NCBI RefSeq assembly: GCF_902652985.1
Contig: NC_047017.1
Location: 11,160,001 to 11,224,000 of the forward strand
Reading direction: 5' to 3'
Source of the DNA: Pecten maximus
Lineage: Eukaryota
DNA length: 64,000 nt
The translations under genes and the position numbers were made by a program. The notes beneath the pieces were generated by a model. The model saw only the letters and a list, made by a program, of their open reading frames with translations. It ran no database searches and was not told the DNA's origin. This document shows positions 27,077 through 39,967 of the stretch, one piece after another; position 1 is the first letter of the stretch; every line of letters starts with the position of its first letter.

Positions 27077-28816
27077 CTGTACATACTGTATAACGTTAAT
27101 CTGAACACATCAATCAAACAGTAAAATGTCTATAACGATGATGGCGGTGTCCTATTCGTGGCTAATTTTACGGTCTGTGTACCCTGTTACAACGAAGTCA
27201 GTAGTTGCTGCACGCCTCTAGAAACTATGTCATCTGCGGTCGTCAACAATAGGTGAAAAACAGACGAAACCACACGTATGATAAAACGAAATAGGATATC
27301 TTAGGTGTGTGGACATTTAAAATACTTGTGTCATAAAAAATGGATTATATGATAGAAAAATATATATCATGTTGACTTTACATACATTTTTAAATCGTGG
27401 TTTTGGGATAGACCGGTTAAAAAAAATTTTAAGGATGGTATAACTCAAATGATTCTAATTACAGTATCTTTACAGTACTGTGATATGGGTATAATACATT
27501 GTGGTTTCGAAAGATGTTTGTGAAACGTATTCACTCTATAACCGATATGGAATTATAAATAATAGTACAGTATGAGTCACCCGACCAAAACCCGAACAGA
27601 TGGGGAGGTTAGAATCGGCTGTAATTGGAGGTTTCCTGACTGGCATGATGTGTCTAACTCTCGACTCGGACGTGTAACGAGTTACGGATTAATCATATTG
27701 TTGGCCTGGGACACAGAGGGCGGGTTAAAGCGACAGTCATAATTATATTGTTAATCTGATGCGTTTAGACAGTTCTTTCTCAGCTGAATCAGAAATACAG
27801 ATCACACCATGTGAAAAGTTGATTGGATGATCACTCGTCGAGAATGGCCTATATGATTTTGATAATTTTAACAGGGACTTTTCAATTATGGACCGTGGGA
27901 TTTGATATTTCATTTTGGGGCTTTCCTTTAGATGACTGATCCACCTCCATTTTTTCAAAAGCCATACAAGGGCGCAGGTCTCATCCAAAACAGATTATAG
28001 GGAACGATATAGAGATGTATACTTATACAAATTTTGAGCTGAAAAATCCCACTAGATTTTTTTAAAGTAAATATTACGTTCTCCCATTTTAGCTTTATAT
28101 AAATTTGTCGTTTTATGTTTGAAAATAAAAGTTGTATCCATGTACATATAAAAATTGTATTTCTGTTTGAAGTAGAGTTATAAGCCCCGAAGCCCTTGTT
28201 TTATTCCCTTTTATCTCGAATTCCTGAGTTTCGGTCGTAAATGATTAGCATTGTACAACTAAACGCGTAATGTTACATAATGCTTGACCTTGAAAGTTTT
28301 TCTAGAGGAAAAAAAGACCTTCGGCGTTCTGAGAGTGTTTACCGATTACCTAACATGTTTACATGTGTCTTTACAGCACTCCTTTTATAAAGGCGCCACG
28401 AAAACTGTCATTTAATAAGTAACGTAAAACACATGTGAAATTGATTTATAATAAATACTTCGTTAAGAAAAACATGTTTTCTTGAGAAAACAGATTATCT
28501 GACTGTAATTTGTATATTTAAAACGGCGTACGACTTTCTCCACACCTTTCCTCAGCCTCGGTCTGTCACTGCTATCGTTAGTACATTTCTAACATTTGAA
28601 ATAAAACAACTAATTTTAACGTTTTCTGGAGATATAACATTTATTTTTACACTTACTTTATAGTTTTTAAGTCGTTTAATGATGTCGTTAGAGTATTATT
28701 TTAATTTTAGATAATGTATGATGCAATTTGTATAATTTGACTCATATTCTAGTAAAGTTTATTTTAAAATTTGATAAGCATTTAAAAAGAATCTAAATAA
28801 AATATGTAAAACTTAC

Positions 28817-28985
28817 CTGTGTAACTGTCGAAGCAGGTGGGTTGATATTCCGTGAGAATTTTGCCGGTACTGTAACTGAGAACCATACTGGTTTTCCCCA
28901 CCCCTCCGTCCCCTACAACCACACATTTCACCTCCCCCTCCGCGGCAGTAAAACTGTCCATCCCCTCGTCACGTTTAGTAACCAT
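28817..28985 (-). CDS. Rho-family GTPase exon 1 (start codon, G1 and switch I)
   Basis: aaaATGG start; [38 protein letters not shown]; donor ACA G|gtaagt. Confidence 0.93.
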
Positions 28986-29109
28986 TTTGATAAAGAACTG
29001 TTACGTCCGTTTGTGTCGTCTGCTTCAAGTAAAGTGAGAGAATCAGCGTTGCCACGGGCCCATGTGTATACCGTGTCTAAAAATAGCATCTGACATTGAG
29101 TATAATACA

Positions 29110-29160
29110 AGTTTATGCTGCACTTATGACGTCACTCACTTAACACTTGACGCCCCGCCC
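29110..29160 (-). promoter_or_regulatory. Proximal promoter of the Rho GTPase gene: GC box and full CRE
   Basis: GGGCGGGGCG (29151-29160, minus strand) and palindromic TGACGTCA (29127-29134), ~140-175 bp upstream of the ATG. Confidence 0.55.
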
Positions 29161-30332
29161 ACATGTTTAGTACAGTAATTAAATTATGAATGTGATCTAT
29201 TTATAGGTAAGTTGCAGGGATGAGTTGGACTTTACACTTGGGACAAGACAAAGTATTTCAATTTATTTCATGATCTAGCTTTATCTATCTCCGACCTGTT
29301 TAATTTATTTTAAACGTCACTACGAGATTGTGTGCAAATGTCGTGTCAGATAATACATTCATTAGTGTAATAAAGAGGGGAATAAAAAGAATCTTTACAA
29401 ATTTGGAAAAAAATATTCACGCGGTTATTTGAAGTTTTCGATCAGACTCATTTTTTATAAGATTACTGAATGGCTTCCATTTGGAAATCATTTCATGAGT
29501 GGTAGAATTCCTATTTTCCTTGAGAAATGTGTTCCAAATGTTTTGATATAAACATCCCTTACTAAATCATTGCCATCAATACTCGTATTAAAGAGTCAAT
29601 ACAAAGCCGTTATTCGTTAACGATCTACTTGTATATATGATTCATCATTTAATTCACATCCTTATAAGACTCTCCAGTAAACTGGAAATACAATTCCGTT
29701 ATGATTCAACCCCATAGCGGAAATGTATGATTCTAGTTTTTAACCGAGTTACAGACACTGTAGTCTTGCTTAAGTTCGAATGGCAAACCACTGTTCCAGA
29801 ATCAGTTGGAAGAGAACCCGTTACATCGCTAAAAGCAATGAGAGGATTACTATCATTATAATGATCATTTAAAGTTTTAGTTAAAATATATTCTATTGGC
29901 ATGTAAAATGGCAAAGGGATTAGCCAAGTTTTTTCCAACCTATAGACGATTTCTCCCATAAACTAAACACGTGTTGAAATTGAAGAATACAAACTATTCT
30001 TAAACATTATATCAGGTAGGTAATATATGTATTGTTATATATGTATTATGCCTCATAAATTATAGATATTATAGAATATAACAAGAGAAAGAGAGAGTGG
30101 GGGAGGGGAGAGACGAGGGGGAGTGGAGCGGGTAGAAGGAGATTTTTCTGATGTTGCCATCACTATAATATAAGATGATGAATTTTGAGATGGTGGACAA
30201 AAGATTGGGGAGGCTATAATTATATTCAGATGGAAAGAGAAAGTGTGGATCAATCAAATCCGTTCAAAAATCATTTTTACATTGATAATTCACGACATTA
30301 ATTGAGACCATTATTAGCATGGCATATGGACT

Positions 30333-30851
30333 GATTCTACCTATTCTACTGATTCCACTCGTTTATATCGACCGACTTTACTCGTTTATAACGACCGATT
30401 GTACTCGCTTATAACGACCGATTCTACTCGTCTGTATCGACCGATTCTACTCGTTTATATCGACCGATTTTACTCGTTTATAACGACCGATTCTACTCGC
30501 TTATAACGACCGATTTTACTCGTTTATATCGACCGATTTTACTCGTTTATATCGACTGATTTTACTCGTTTATATTGTATCGACCGATTATACTCGTGTG
30601 TATCGACCGATTATACTCGTTTATAACGACCGATTCTACTCGTGTGTATCGACCGATTGTACTCGTTTATAACGACCGATTGTACTCGTGTGTATCGACC
30701 GATTCTACTCGTTTATAACGACCGATTCTACTCGTGTGTATCGACCGATTCTACTCGTTTATAACGACCGATTGTACTCGTCTGTATCGACCGATTGTAC
30801 TCGTCTGTATCGACCGATTCTACTCGTGTGTATCGACCGATTCTACTCGTT
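30333..30851. repeat. 23-bp minisatellite (ACCGATTCTACTCGTTTATAACG)n
   Basis: Period 23 (30661, 30684...). Confidence 0.95.
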
Positions 30852-31263
30852 TACATTTTTATAAGAGATTCGTGTTCGGGATGATTTATATATACACATG
30901 TACATGCATGATTCCATTTATTATTTTTTCTATTTTTTTTTATCTTTCCCTCAAAGTACAAGGATTTTTAGATAGAATCATGAAAATGAGCTATCAAATG
31001 CCAACTTAAACCAAATACCTATTTACCCAAAGTTTGAAAATGTGCTGTGTATATATAACTAAAAAAGACAGCTGATATGAAAAAATATATGATTGACTTC
31101 CGATTGTTTCACCCTACCTGTCTATTGTTGAAAAATATGTTGGTGCTCATGCAGTGAACCGTTTTTTAAGGGACAGCTGGGAGGGTGGGAGAAGGGGGTA
31201 GGCATTTCGGAATTTTTTCCTCGGATCTCCGGAGTGATTTCATAATAACAGTTGAGGCTATGT

Positions 31264-31659
31264 TATATCATTTCTATTTTAGTTATATAGGTCACACGCT
31301 ATAATAATACGTAATACTTATATCATTTCTATTTTTAGTTATATAGGTCACACGCTATAATAATACGTAATACTTATATCATTTCTATTTTTAGTTATAT
31401 AGGTCACACGCTATAATAATACGTAATACTTATATCATTTCTATTTCTAGTTATATAGGTCACACGCTATAATAATACGTAATACTTATATCATTTCTAT
31501 TTTTAGTTACATAGGTCACACGCTATAATAATACGTAATACTTATATCATTTCTTTTTTTAGTTATATAGGTCACACGCTATAATAATACGTAATACTTA
31601 TATCATTTCTATTTTTAGTTATATAGGTCACACGCTATAATAATACGTAATACTTATAT
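31264..31659. repeat. 56-bp tandem repeat, ~7 copies
   Basis: TATCATTTCTATTTTTAGTTATATAGGTCACACGCTATAATAATACGTAATACTTA recurring at 31321, 31377... Confidence 0.95.
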
Positions 31660-32020
31660 TATTAACAGGGAAAACTTCTAGTTGAGGAAGTGTGTTGCCG
31701 GTTTCCGTTTGAGGCATGATTTTGCTAACAAAATGAGTATATCCAAAGTGAAACTGGAGTGTTTGTATGTGACCGTTAGTGATGGGCTATGACAGGGTAT
31801 ACATGTAGGAAGTATATAGCAGATTGCGAATTGGACACTTAAAAAAACAGAGGCCAAATTTGAGTGACAGGTGCCTTTTTATGCCTGATTTACGACAGTC
31901 GTCTCGGCATTACACATTTCTTTGAGATGCATTTACATGTCTAATGAATATGTAGGATGATTACAGCGCTATAAACACAATATCAAAGAAATCAGATTCA
32001 CACACATGACGTCCAAACCC

Positions 32021-33698
32021 TACGGTGGCGCATCTGAGCACCTTAAAAATCATACATGCACAAGACCATACAACTTTGCATCTTGTTTCCGGTTCACTAT
32101 CTTATACAACTTGGTATCCTGTACGTACAACTTAGTATTCTGTACGTACAACTTAGTATCCTGTACGTACAACTTAGTATCTTGTACCTACAACTTAGTA
32201 TCCTGTACGTACAACTTAGTATCTTGTACGTACAACTTAGTATCCTGTACCTACAACTTAGTATCTTGTACGTACAACTTAGTATCTTGTACCTACAACT
32301 TAGTATCCTGTACCTACAACTTAGTATCTTGTACCTACAACTTAGTATCCTGTACCTACAACTTAGTATCTTGTACGTACAACTTAGTATATTGTACGTA
32401 CAACTTAGTATCTTGTACGTACAACTTAGTATCCTGTACCTACAACTTAGTATCTTGTACGTACAACTTAGTATCATGTACCTACAACTTAGTATCTTGT
32501 ACGTACAACTTAGTATATTGTACCTACAACTTAGTATCTTGTACCTACAACTTAGTATCTTGTACCTACAACTTAGTATCTTGTACGTACAACTTAGTAT
32601 CCTGTACGTACAACTTACAACTTAGTATCTTGTACGTACAACTAGCTTAGTAAGTATCTTGCACGTACAACTAGCTTAGTAAGTATCTTGTACGTACAAC
32701 TTGGTATCTTGTACGTACAACTTAGTATCTTGTACGTACAACTTAATATCCTGTACGTACAACTTAGTATATTGTACGTACAACTTAGTATATTGTACGT
32801 ACAACTAGCTTAGTAAGTATCTTGTACGTACAACTAAGTATCTTGTACGTACAACTTAGTATCTTGTACGTACAACTTAGTATCCTGTACGTACAACTTA
32901 GTATCTTGTACGTACAACTTAGTATCCCGTACGTACAACTTAGTATATTGTACGTACAATTTAGTATCCTGTACGTACAACTTAGTATATTGTATGTACA
33001 ACTTAGTATATTGTACATACAACTTAGTATCCTGTACGTACAACTTAGTATCTTTTACGTACAACTTACAACTTAGTATATTGTACGTACAACTTAGTAT
33101 CCTGTACGTACAACTTAGTATATTGTACGTGCAACTTAGTATCCTGTACGTACAACTTAGTATCTTTTACGTACAACTTAGTATATTGTACGTACAACTT
33201 AGTATCCTGTACGTACAACTTAATATCCTATACGTAGAATTTAGTATCATGTATGTACAACTTAGTATATTGTACGTACAACTTAGTATCCTGTACGTAC
33301 AACTTAATATCCTATACGTACAATTTAGCATCATGTATGTACAACTTAGTATCCTGTACGTACAACTTAGTATCTTTTACGTACAACTTAGTATCTTTTA
33401 CGTACAACTTAGTATCCTGTACGTACAACTTAGTATCCTGTACGTACAACTTAATATCCCGTACGTACAATTTAGTATCCTGTACGTACAACTTACAACT
33501 TAGTATATTGTACGTACAACTTAGTATTCTGTACGTACAACATCGGATCTTGTACGTACAACTTAGTATATTGTACGTACAACATAGATATTTTATACGT
33601 CTAAAGTTATATATTTTACGCACAGTTTAATTATCATTTTGTTTATTCACTTTTCATTTTTCTTTCATTTTTTTCAATGGTCCTAATACGTTGCCGTA
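32021..33698. mobile_element. Putative non-autonomous TIR element (TACGG...CCGTA) filled with a 21-bp satellite (TACAACTTAGTATCTTGTACG)n at 32103-33590
   Basis: Left TACGGTGGCGCATCTGAGCACCTTAAAAA versus reverse complement of right end TACGGCAACGTATTAGGACCATTGAAAAA; flanks CAAACCC / CAAATCT. The array is unambiguous; the element boundaries are not. Confidence 0.55.
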
Positions 33699-35442
33699 CA
33701 AATCTAGTAAAAATCCAGATAAGAATTGATCAGTTGAATATTTTAAGATATAGACATAAATTCTGGTGCTGTCGACAGTAATTACCTATCTTGTGGAGAG
33801 GTCAATTACACCAAATTTAAACTTCACATTAAATCAATGTATTAAAAGAATAAATTATTTTTTAATATATTTTTTATTATTTTTAATATAAGTATCTATA
33901 TACGGTCATGGTAATTTCACGTTGACTAACGCCACATTTAACATAAGTGATACGTCTTATATATAGTTATGAATGGGACGCACACGATGCTGTCGGGGTT
34001 TTTTTCAAAGAAAACGCCTTAAAATAGCATATATCTGTGTATTCTTTGTTTATTTATATATTTACATAGTTGTATATGGTGTCAGTTTTTATCAGGCATG
34101 CTCGGGTCACGAATTACTTATTAGGGTTTCTTTAATCTCGGCGTACAAGGAACAAAGCGATCCGATATGAAGCGCCACTGTCCTAATCTTTACGCACCAG
34201 TTAGCATTTGTCCCAATAATGATCCGATTTATTGAGGAAAACCACAATTAAATGATCTTGACCACAGGCACGCGCGCGATGCCCGGAGGGGGAGGCAGGA
34301 ATACACTCCACGTTTGAGACCCACTTCCTTCATCTTCGGTGACGTCACAGTGTCCCGATACACAGCCACACGCAGATCTGTAATTAGAGGGTGTATCCGA
34401 GCTAATTAGCGACAATTACACGTTAAGTACTTTTGGTCAGTGTATCATGGCGCGGGAATGTTAATGGTACGAGCGGTTAGATAGACAGACCATACTGTTC
34501 TGGGTACATAGTACCACGGGGACTTGAGAATTCAGTAACTATTGTAGTATCTGATGTATAGATGGTACGGAGACACGTTAAGGTATTTGTATTTGTAGTC
34601 CGAATGATATCGGTCTGGCGGCGGTCCTATAAGAAAATCGGTAAAAATGACACCCCCGGAGTTAATTATATAACTAACGTCTGAAAATGTACTACACACA
34701 AAAGGAAAGGTCCAAAGACACACAGATTGTGACAAATTCAAATTCTCTGGCAAGTTCATGTGGTCCAGTTATCGTGGCACAGTAAGATAAAAACTCTTTC
34801 ATTTTTCACGAATAAATTATTACTTTCAGGTATTTAAGGTATTTGATTTCGGTTAGGGTTCAGAAAAAAATTTGTGTTGGGAATTGTGTCATTTTGGGTA
34901 AAAAATCATGATATTTTGCAATTTTTAAGGTCTTTTGAAGTGGTTACCATGGTTTTCACAGGTCTGAACAACATAGAAAAAAAGTTGACTTATCCTTCAC
35001 AGACAAAGCCAAACCAATGTTTTCCAAAAGTCGTTCGACCACAATATGGTTGCCAGCCGTCACCAGTAATCTGTAGCTGTTTTTATGTCTGTCAATTTAA
35101 ATCAATACACTACCCTTTATCCAGTTATATAGGTATCCGGTGTTTTTTTAACCGTTGTTACCAAAAAAGTGCCAAGTAGGACTGAGTACTAAGGTCGTTT
35201 TTCCGACCAGGAAACGTTCTTTCAAGGAAATGAAGTTGCGTCGTAGAAAATAATTATTAACACAACGACACCTTGATGAAATGTACTAAGTCTGAAAATG
35301 AATTTAATTAAATAGTGAACTAGTTACACGATGTACCTGTCAAGTCAGTAGAAGGAAGCTGTTATGTAAATTATTGTGTAGATTTGGTCTGGGCGTTGTT
35401 ATACTGTCGTTTCTGTGTGATTTCTCTCTACGTGATATCGTC

Positions 35443-35772
35443 ACTGGTAGATTGTCAGCCAAAGGAATGATAATCAGCTGAAAGTGGTAGAAATAAATAA
35501 ATAAATAAATAAATAGATAAATAAATAAAAACAAATAAATAAATAAATAAAATAAATAAATAGATAATACTGGTAGATAGTCCGCCAAAGGACTGATAAT
35601 CAGCTGAAACTAGTGGTAGTTATAAATAAATAAATAAAATAAATAAATAAAATAAATAAAATAAATAGATAATACTGGTAGATTGTCCGCCAAAGGACTG
35701 ATAATCAGCTGAAAGTGGTGGTTATAATAAATAAATAAATAAATAAATAGAATGAAATAAATAAACAAATAA
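35443..35772. repeat. Composite repeat: three ~48-bp units (ACTGGTAGATTGTCCGCCAAAGGACTGATAATCAGCTGAAAGTGG) each followed by (AAAT)n
   Basis: Units near 35443, 35568 and 35673. Confidence 0.85.
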
Positions 35773-37169
35773 CATTAAAATAATTGTGTGTTTGATTTTG
35801 CACATTTCCGAAATACTAGAGGTCTGAAATCACAAATAGATTTTTTTTCATAGAGAGGACGACATATATCCCGGGAGCGGAACCCTTGTATAACGAGTGT
35901 ATGTGCACGTTTCAAGTTTCTGACATGTTGTGCCGGGTATGTCCACTTATCTTCTGACATTTATCTAAACAAATATTGTCGTGTAATTTACTGGCATTAG
36001 TTCTAAGTGTCTTTTTGTAAAGGTGAGAACTGGACGACACCTAAACACTGACCTACACGAGTACACCGGTACAACTTTCCCTTAACAACCTTCTAGGTAA
36101 GATGTTAATTCCATGTTACCTGGTTACTGACAGGTGCATTTGATTGACAGGTGAGCAATGGGCCCTAGGCTAGTGACGTCAACAATTCACGGTGAAATCT
36201 AATTTCTGTTTACAATAGTTCAAATACATACCTTAGCCATGAGCGGCATGACTCTAATTCCGGGTTTTATTTAGATACTTATTGGTATGCCTTCTGTGTG
36301 TGGTTAACATGGAAACTTATTTTTGTTTATTGTATTGGGTGCTGGTTCTTTTTCCTTTTCTTGATTTTTAAAATAACTTTTCAAAATAATGAGGTTAAAT
36401 TGAAATTGATATGAAATTGATGATTGGGAATACATTTGTTGTTGTTTTACTAAAAAAAAAAAATGTTTACGTACATATACACCGGGAGATGCATGCACCT
36501 CCCAAGAAAAACCGCACAATACGAAATTATGATATATTTTTATGAAACCACGACTTTTAAGTGAACTGTCCGGTTAGAGGAAGCATCCTATTATACAACG
36601 TTCTTTCTCACGAGAATAGTTGTATGATGTAATGTTTAGGATCTGTCCATCCACCTGATTACACTCACTGACACTGCTAAACAAACAAGAACATTTCATT
36701 TAAACTATTTAATACTCTATTACTGCTAAAAACAAATTAAAAAAATGAAAATATGCTGATATATTACGGAAAATATTTTATCTGTAATATGTATAATTCA
36801 GATAATGTTAAGGACATTTGGTTACTTTCTGACATGACAGCGGACCGATTTATAGCCGTCTAGACTGACAGGACAGGTGAACCGCAGAGTTTACCTAGTT
36901 TAAATATTTACGCAAATAATTTCTGGAATGCAAATAGTCATGCTGATTTTTTTTTTCGAAACAAAAACTACACGTGTCGACACCTGCCTGAGGTAACAGT
37001 TTTTCTTGTGAAACTAAGTAAGTGTTAATTATATCTGTTAATGAAGTGACAAGTCTAGCGATAACATTATGTCAGTATTCGCACACGAAGTTAGGTGGAA
37101 AGTTGAGGATGACAAAGGCGTTAATCTCAGTGTCAATTTCAGCCGATGTGACATGTTACTTATCATCAG

Positions 37170-37198
37170 CAGAGACCTATATACTATATAGGTCTCTG
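37170..37198. mobile_element. 29-bp perfect hairpin, CAGAGAC family (probable excision footprint)
   Basis: CAGAGACCTATATA-C-TATATAGGTCTCTG flanked by perfect 7-bp direct repeat TCATCAG. Confidence 0.88.
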
Positions 37199-37567
37199 TC
37201 ATCAGCGACACGGACACTACAGGGACACTCTTAATAATGGAAGTCGACTGGGCGGGTCCCGAGAAAAAAATACGTTATAAACTTTGAAATGCTTTATTAA
37301 TTGATTAACGAGCGTTACGTCATGTGGTTTTTGTCTTTAAGCAGACGAGGGGATACAAACTCTAACGAAGTAAGATTAATATAGACAATGACTTACGGAT
37401 TCAAATAATAATGACCCCGAGAGATAATTGACTATTGTTATTAAACTGTTTTGTTCCATTCTGTTGTACTATTCTCCCTTATTGCCTACCTCCTTCATTT
37501 TACAATATTAAACCCTTACTTCAATACAGACATATGGTACCGTATGTTCGGTTCATTGTCTCGTGAA

Positions 37568-37603
37568 CAGACATGGTGTCAGGGCCAGAGGAAACTCGGG
37601 CTA
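37568..37603. mobile_element. Half copy (one arm) of the TAGCCC hairpin MITE
   Basis: CAGACATGGTGTCAGGGCCAGAGGAAACTCGGGCTA matches the right arm of the 18965/23721 copies. Confidence 0.85.
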
Positions 37604-38324
37604 CCGCTATCCATGTAGTACCTGGTGGCTACCTCACAGGACTACATCGCTCTGTCGCCATTGGTCAGATGGTATCACCGAAATGTATTGTCGCTGGTCA
37701 TTGGTTAGGTGGAATCACCGGTATGTATCGTCATCAGCTATTGGTCAGATGGAATCACGGCATTTCATCGTCGTCAGCCATTGGTCGGATAGAATCGCAG
37801 AATTACGTATTGTCGTCAACCATTGGTCAGGAGGAATATCTACGTCGTTGTTGCGAGCCATTCGCCTTTTTAATTCGATTATAGACTTTGGATCCAAATA
37901 TCTTTATCCTTCAAACGATCGGCGCCAACCCCCCAAGTTTAGATCAGATACCAGTGCCATTCTTTATCACGTTAAAACACTTGGATATTTTACTAACACA
38001 CCGAACTTTACTAATCCTTCTTAAACAAACACTGAGCCATAATATCAAAAGGTTAGTCTGTGACTGAAGGGACATACGGCCACAGTATATACACGATTAC
38101 GCAGAAAAATAAAGCCGTAGGTTACTCTATTAATTAATTCAGAGTATACACCAATGTCGAAATCCCTAATCAGTAAACTAAGTTGATACCAAACGAGATA
38201 ACAGGAGGCGGTTTGTGATAGCTATGTCCATACTTAGTTCTAGTATCACAAGAGTAAAAACCATGAAACATTATACATGTACTTATCGCCATTATGACTG
38301 AAGTTCAGAGAGGGGGCATCATAC

Positions 38325-39290
38325 CATCTCATTGGAGGAGAGGACTTTAGGCCGTCTCATTGGAGGAGGGGGGCATTAGGCCATCTTATTGGAGGAGGGG
38401 GCATTGGGCCATCTTATTGGAGGAGGGGCATTAAGTCATCTTATTGGAGGAGGGGGCATTAGGTCATCTTATTGGAGGAGGGGGGCATTAGGTCACCTTA
38501 TTGGAGGAGGGGGGCATCAGGTCACCTTATTGGAGGCGGGGGCATTAGGTTACCTTATTGGAGGAGGGAGCATTAGGTCATCTTATTGGAGGAGGGGGTA
38601 TTAGGTCATCTTATTGGAGGAGGGGGCATTAGGCCATTTCATTGGAGGAGGGGGGCATTATGTCATCTTATTGGAGGAGGGGGCATTAGGTCATCTTATT
38701 GGAGGAGGGGGCATTAGGTCACCTTATTGGAGGAGGGGGCTTTAGGTCATCTTATTGGAAGAGGGGGCATTATGTCATCTTATTGGAGGAGGGGGCATTA
38801 GGTCATCTTATTGGAGGAGGGGGCATTAGGTCATCTTATTGGAGGAGGGGTATTAGGTCATCTTATTGGAGGAGGGGGCATTAGGTCACCTTATTGGAGG
38901 AGGGGGCATTAGGTCATCTTATTGGAGGAGGGGGCATTAGGTCATCTTATTGGAGGAGGGGGCATTTTGTCATCTTATTGGAGGAGGGGGGTATTAGGTC
39001 ATCTTATTGGAGGAGGGGGCATTAGGTCATCTTATTGGAGGAGGGGGGTATTAGGTCATCTTATTGGAGGAGGGGGTATTAGGTCATCTTATTGGAGGAG
39101 GGGGCATTGGGTCATCTTATTGGAGGAGGGGGCATTAGGTCACCTTATTGGAGGAGGGGGCATTAGGTCATCTTATTGGAGGAGGGGTCATTAGGCCATT
39201 TTATTGGAGGAGGGGGCATTTTGTCATCTTATTGGAGGAGGGGGGGCATTATGTCATCTCATTGGAGGGGGGCATTAGGGCATCCTATTG
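38325..39290. repeat. ~28-bp G-rich minisatellite (TTATTGGAGGAGGGGGCATTAGGTCATC)n
   Basis: About 34 copies with variable G-run length. Confidence 0.95.
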
Positions 39291-39967
39291 GATGAGGTGT
39301 GAGGGACGATCTGGAGGGAGCTGTTTCTCAGGTCCAAACAGACTGGGTATCTTCAATCTAAAGTATATTTCACAATAAATAAAATGTTTAAGTCTTCATC
39401 AATGTACTTTTGTAATGCATTGTATTGTAAAATAGCACTGAGATGAAGATATATGTCGACCTATAGGTAATCCCTACCATCAGCTTTGTCTTCGCACGTT
39501 GCTGTCAGCGTGATTTCTTCAAAGGGCCATGACAGACCCCACGGTAAACACCGTGTAAAGTACACGAAAAACGAAACTAGAAACCGCCCAAATAACATTA
39601 TCACTTGAGAAACTCAACTCTACAGACACTGGTGGAGATAAGACTTTGTCCTTCATCTTTTGTCTGTTGCTAAGTTTATCTACAATAACGATACCGTACA
39701 CGTCTGGCCTGATTCGGGTTGATGGGAACTTCACAGTCTGTTGATGTTCATTCCATGGACAATTAAGAAGATTAATGTGTAAACATACAGGCTTTAGTCA
39801 CGTAACTGGTATTTTAGATCTATTTTATTATGAGAATTAAACATAATAGTATTTTTATGGTCCAAATCAACACTCCATCCCTGCCTCTGGTGGTTGTTTA
39901 TTACGAATACGGACTAGATTTTGTATCCTTTTTCGAAATCCGAGGATTAGAGCAGTTAACTTGTCTA

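Noticed and set aside
32006-33630. Long ORFs (YNLVSCT / VQLSILY repeats)
   Set aside because: Translations of a 21-bp satellite that is open in several frames on both strands; no splice or homology support.
38389-39378. Gly-rich ORFs
   Set aside because: Products of the G-rich minisatellite with frequent frame changes.
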